Translations under genes and position numbers: made by a program
Notes under the pieces: generated by a model
Told to the model about the DNA's origin: nothing
What the model saw: the letters and a program-made list of their open reading frames with translations, nothing else
Database searches by the model: none
Shown: positions 61,433 through 64,000 of the stretch, one piece after another
Numbering within the stretch: the stretch's first letter is position 1
Layout of the letters: each line of letters begins with the position of its first letter
Origin: a virus
Strand: one strand, 5' to 3'
DNA length: 64,000 bases
Virus record (IMG/VR): IMGVR_UViG_3300036857_000619
Span: 60,824 to 124,823 of that record

Positions 61433-61659
61433 TGATGAAGCGCACGACCTACCGACAGCGCTACCTGCGCACGCCGCACTGGCTCGGCTTTCGCACCCGC
61501 GCGATCGCGCGCGCGCACGCCACCTGCCAGAGCTGCGGCAAGCAGCCGCCGAGCCTGGACGTGCACCACCTGAGCTACGCGCGCCTGGGCCGCGAGCGCT
61601 ACGCCGACGTCCTGGTGCTGTGCCGGGCGTGCCATCGCCGCCGCCACGGACGCCGATGA
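61432..61659 (+). CDS. Small HNH endonuclease (75 aa)
   Basis: YL.TPHW...R.......CQSCG....LDVHHLSY..LG.E...D..VLCRACH...H. Confidence 0.85.
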   Translation: MMKRTTYRQRYLRTPHWLGFRTRAIARAHATCQSCGKQPPSLDVHHLSYARLGRERYADVLVLCRACHRRRHGRR

Positions 61660-61769
61660 GACCCCAACTGCGGCACTCGCGCTTCTACTACTGGTTCGTG
61701 GTGCTGGCCGGCATCGCGGGCGGCTACTGCGCCAGCGACCTCGTGCATCGCCGCCGTCGCCACCGCTGA
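61656..61769 (+). CDS. TM micropeptide with poly-Arg tail (37 aa), copy 2
   Basis: MRPQLRHSRFYYWFVVLAGIAGGYCASDLVHRRRRHR; inverted copy of 47188..47298. Confidence 0.65.
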   Translation: MRPQLRHSRFYYWFVVLAGIAGGYCASDLVHRRRRHR

Positions 61770-61777
61770 GACGATGG

Positions 61778-62113
61778 TTACTGCTGTTGGAAGAACGCCA
61801 CCTCGAACTCGGCCAGCCGATGGGCCTGCTCCTCGCGGGTGACGGTCGGCTCGTCGAAGATGGCGCAGGTTGCAATCTCCGCCACGGCGTCGATCGCGCG
61901 GTGGAAGACCGGGTCCATGTCGTAGCGCTGGCGGGCGCCCATGCCGTCGATCAGTGCGCGCTGCACCCGAGTTCTGGCGTCGGCCTGCCAGTCGGCGAGC
62001 TCGTGGCCGTCCAGCCCGCGCAGCGCCTGCTGCATTCGCCAGGCGTCTGGCGTGCGGTTGTCGACCAGCTGCTCGTACCAGCCGCGGATCTGTCGCCACG
62101 TCCAGCGCGGCAT
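61778..62113 (-). CDS. Hypothetical protein (111 aa)
   Basis: ATG 62113 overlaps the upstream stop; converges on the + block. Confidence 0.55.
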   Translation of the reverse strand: MPRWTWRQIRGWYEQLVDNRTPDAWRMQQALRGLDGHELADWQADARTRVQRALIDGMGARQRYDMDPVFHRAIDAVAEIATCAIFDEPTVTREEQAHRLAEFEVAFFQQQ

Positions 62114-62361
62114 CAGAACGAGCCGCGCGGTCCGCGCCGGTCCAGCGTCTGGGCGAGCCAGTTGTTCACGTAGTCGTCGTAGGACTCGTCGTAATACTGG
62201 GGCGACCCGTGGAAGCTCGGCGGGTCCTCGCACTTCGGGCAGTAGGCCACCTGCTCGAAGCGGCACTCGCCCTTGCCGAGCGTCGTGCCGCGCCACCAGA
62301 TCGGGTGCGCCACGGCCACGATCATCGGCGCGCCGCCGCACTCGCTGCACACGATGCTCAC
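62113..62361 (-). CDS. Zinc-ribbon protein (82 aa)
   Basis: CSECGG...YCPKC. Confidence 0.55.
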   Translation of the reverse strand: MSIVCSECGGAPMIVAVAHPIWWRGTTLGKGECRFEQVAYCPKCEDPPSFHGSPQYYDESYDDYVNNWLAQTLDRRGPRGSF

Positions 62362-62714
62362 GACTTCGGCTCCGCCCGCAGCCGCTCGACCTCAGCCTCC
62401 GCCCGTTCCGCTCGCTCGCGTTGGCCGCGTCGGCCTTCCGCCACGCGATGAAGTTCGATCCGCAGCCGCTCGATCTCAGCGCGAGCTGCGGCCAGTTGCA
62501 CCACAAGATGGTTGTAGGGCGTCAGCGTCTGGCCCCACTTGTTCGTGACCGGAGCCTTGAGTTGTTGGTTCTCTGTCTGTAGCCGCTCATTCTCGGCGCG
62601 GAGTTCGTCACGCTCAGCTTCTAACGTTTCGGTGTGATCTATGGACTGGGCGGCGATTTCCCTCCACGGCACCAGTGGTTCGTCCGTCACCGACATGTTG
62701 GGCTCGCCGGTCAT
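62358..62714 (-). CDS. Coiled-coil protein (118 aa)
   Basis: LEAERDELRAENERLQTENQQL; ARAEIERLR. Confidence 0.55.
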   Translation of the reverse strand: MTGEPNMSVTDEPLVPWREIAAQSIDHTETLEAERDELRAENERLQTENQQLKAPVTNKWGQTLTPYNHLVVQLAAARAEIERLRIELHRVAEGRRGQRERAERAEAEVERLRAEPKS

Positions 62715-62869
62715 GACCGCGCCATGACCACGATCAGCCCCGCGCTGCCCACGTACAGCGGCAGCATGAGCCACAGCATCAGCCGCCGTTGGCGAGCGAA
62801 CCGCGCCGCCATCCTCGCCTCGAACGCATCGCACGCCGCCGCAAATCGATCGCCCGGCCGGTAGCTCAT
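62711..62869 (-). CDS. Small TM protein (52 aa)
   Basis: GAGGAGG RBS; LMLWLMLPLYVGSAGLIVVM. Confidence 0.5.
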   Translation of the reverse strand: MSYRPGDRFAAACDAFEARMAARFARQRRLMLWLMLPLYVGSAGLIVVMARS

Positions 62870-62883
62870 ACGACCTCCTCGCT

Positions 62884-63195
62884 CTACTCGTCGTCCTCAG
62901 CCGCGATCTCGTCGATCATGGCCCGCAGCCGTTCGTTCTCGGCGCGCACTTGCCTGATCTGGATGAGCGTTGCTATCTCGCTATTGGCGAAGTTAGTGCG
63001 CGCCTCGTCGCGTTCCGCCCGTAACCGTTCGATCTCGTCATTCAGCGCTCGGCACGTTCCGATCAGCACGATCACGTCGGCCACGTCCGGACGGAACGGC
63101 TCGATGCACATCGCCTGCTGGATGCGCTCCACGAGAGCGAGATACTCGGTTTCGTTCAGAGCTGGCTCAGTCATCACCCCACGATCAAGTGTCAT
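62884..63195 (-). CDS. Coiled-coil protein (103 aa)
   Basis: EIERLRAERDEAR...VRAENERLRA. Confidence 0.55.
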   Translation of the reverse strand: MTLDRGVMTEPALNETEYLALVERIQQAMCIEPFRPDVADVIVLIGTCRALNDEIERLRAERDEARTNFANSEIATLIQIRQVRAENERLRAMIDEIAAEDDE

Positions 63196-63443
63196 GCCTG
63201 CCGTCCTGAGACCCGCGTCGCGATCGCAAACTGCACCAGTCGCGCCGCATGCCGCTTGCTCATGCCCGGCGGGTCGCCCTCCTCTGACCCCGGCACGTAG
63301 CACCCGCACCGCTTCTCCACGTGCGCGATCGAGCCCAGCGCCATGCGCATCCCACACTCGTAGTGCAGCGGCGTCCCGTCATACGGCGCCTGCACGTCCC
63401 GTTCCGTGATCTCCTCGTCGCAGCGTGCGCAGCGGTTGGCCAT
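63192..63443 (-). CDS. Zinc-finger hypothetical protein (83 aa)
   Basis: RCARC...LHYEC...HVEKRCGC; GGAGG RBS. Confidence 0.55.
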   Translation of the reverse strand: MANRCARCDEEITERDVQAPYDGTPLHYECGMRMALGSIAHVEKRCGCYVPGSEEGDPPGMSKRHAARLVQFAIATRVSGRQA

Positions 63444-63479
63444 CGCTTCGCCCACCTCCCAACCCGCTCACGCTACCAC

Positions 63480-63683
63480 TCAACACGGGTCGCGTCGCTG
63501 GCTCGGCCGCGCGTAATCCGCGCACTCGCACCTGCCACACGGTCGCTCCAGCTCAATCCGCTGGCTCTCGCTGCCCGATTCGAGTTCGCCGATCCGCGGC
63601 TGCACCCAGTGGTCCTGCAGCTCGTGACCACACGTGCACGCGGGTACCACGCGTACCCGCCTGCCCGTCTTCGTTGCCTGCAT
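63480..63683 (-). CDS. Zinc-finger hypothetical protein (67 aa)
   Basis: CTCGH...H...CGRCECADY. Confidence 0.5.
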   Translation of the reverse strand: MQATKTGRRVRVVPACTCGHELQDHWVQPRIGELESGSESQRIELERPCGRCECADYARPSQRRDPC

Positions 63684-64000
63684 CTCGCCCCCGATCCTAC
63701 CGGGGCGGCCCAGCGGGTGGACGGTGGGACATTACCCGGTGTCTCGCCCCGAAGCCGACGCCGGTCTGTCGCCTCCGGTCCCGCCTTCACCCGCCAGACC
63801 GGCTCCCCCCATTCGCACGAACCGGACCACGCTCCGCACGCCAACGCTCGCTGCGCTCGCTCAAACGACGTGGTGGTGGTGGTGGTGGTGGTGTGGCCTC
63901 CGCACCTGGAGTTCCGACCGTTCGCCTGGACGCTCCAAAAAATATGCGCGTCGGTATTCCCCCGCCCTGGCGTGACTTGACATAACGGGACAGGGGGGGG

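Noticed and set aside
63869-63892. (GGT)n run near the window end
   Set aside because: Simple trinucleotide repeat; the gene context is cut by the window edge, so no supported call.
1-64000. tRNA, rRNA, CRISPR array, IS transposase, att sites, host genes
   Set aside because: None recognised by eye; tRNAscan-SE, Infernal and flanking sequence would be needed to exclude them firmly.

Overview
The whole window is one GC-rich, long-tailed (siphovirus-type) phage or prophage; I see no host housekeeping genes, tRNA, rRNA or CRISPR array. The leftward (-) structural module (1-28748) runs portal, small zinc-finger genes, MuF-like protein, prohead protease/scaffold, decoration protein, major capsid, connector, collagen fibre genes, an inserted XRE cassette, head closure, gp10-like protein, terminator, tail tube, frameshifted chaperones, a 2608-aa tape measure and distal tail genes. 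Diverging from it on (+) are a split lysis cassette (holin-like, GH19, C39-like peptidase) and a tightly coupled ParB / ABC-ATPase-GNAT / PanD / CoA-transferase III operon, then an XRE gene and the terminase. TerL carries an intein whose HNH endonuclease is encoded in a different reading frame. Next come a (-) block (Gp3-like recombination protein, Cre-like tyrosine recombinase, HTH genes) and a (+) early/replication block (Fet4-like, initiator with 11-bp-spaced iterons, DnaC-like ATPase, secreted Rpf, ASCH, DUF5131, endonuclease VII, HNH). Best candidates for new biology: (1) the PanD + CoA-transferase + ATPase-GNAT + ParB operon as a putative beta-alanyl/acyl DNA (or virion) modification system; (2) the intein with an out-of-frame nested HNH; (3) an endonuclease VII element that appears to regenerate a synonymously recoded copy of its target gene's 5' end; (4) a free-standing secreted Rpf. 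LexA-box-like sites and one domain suggest a Chloroflexota or Gram-positive-type host (inference). All product calls come from motif recognition by eye; no searches were run.
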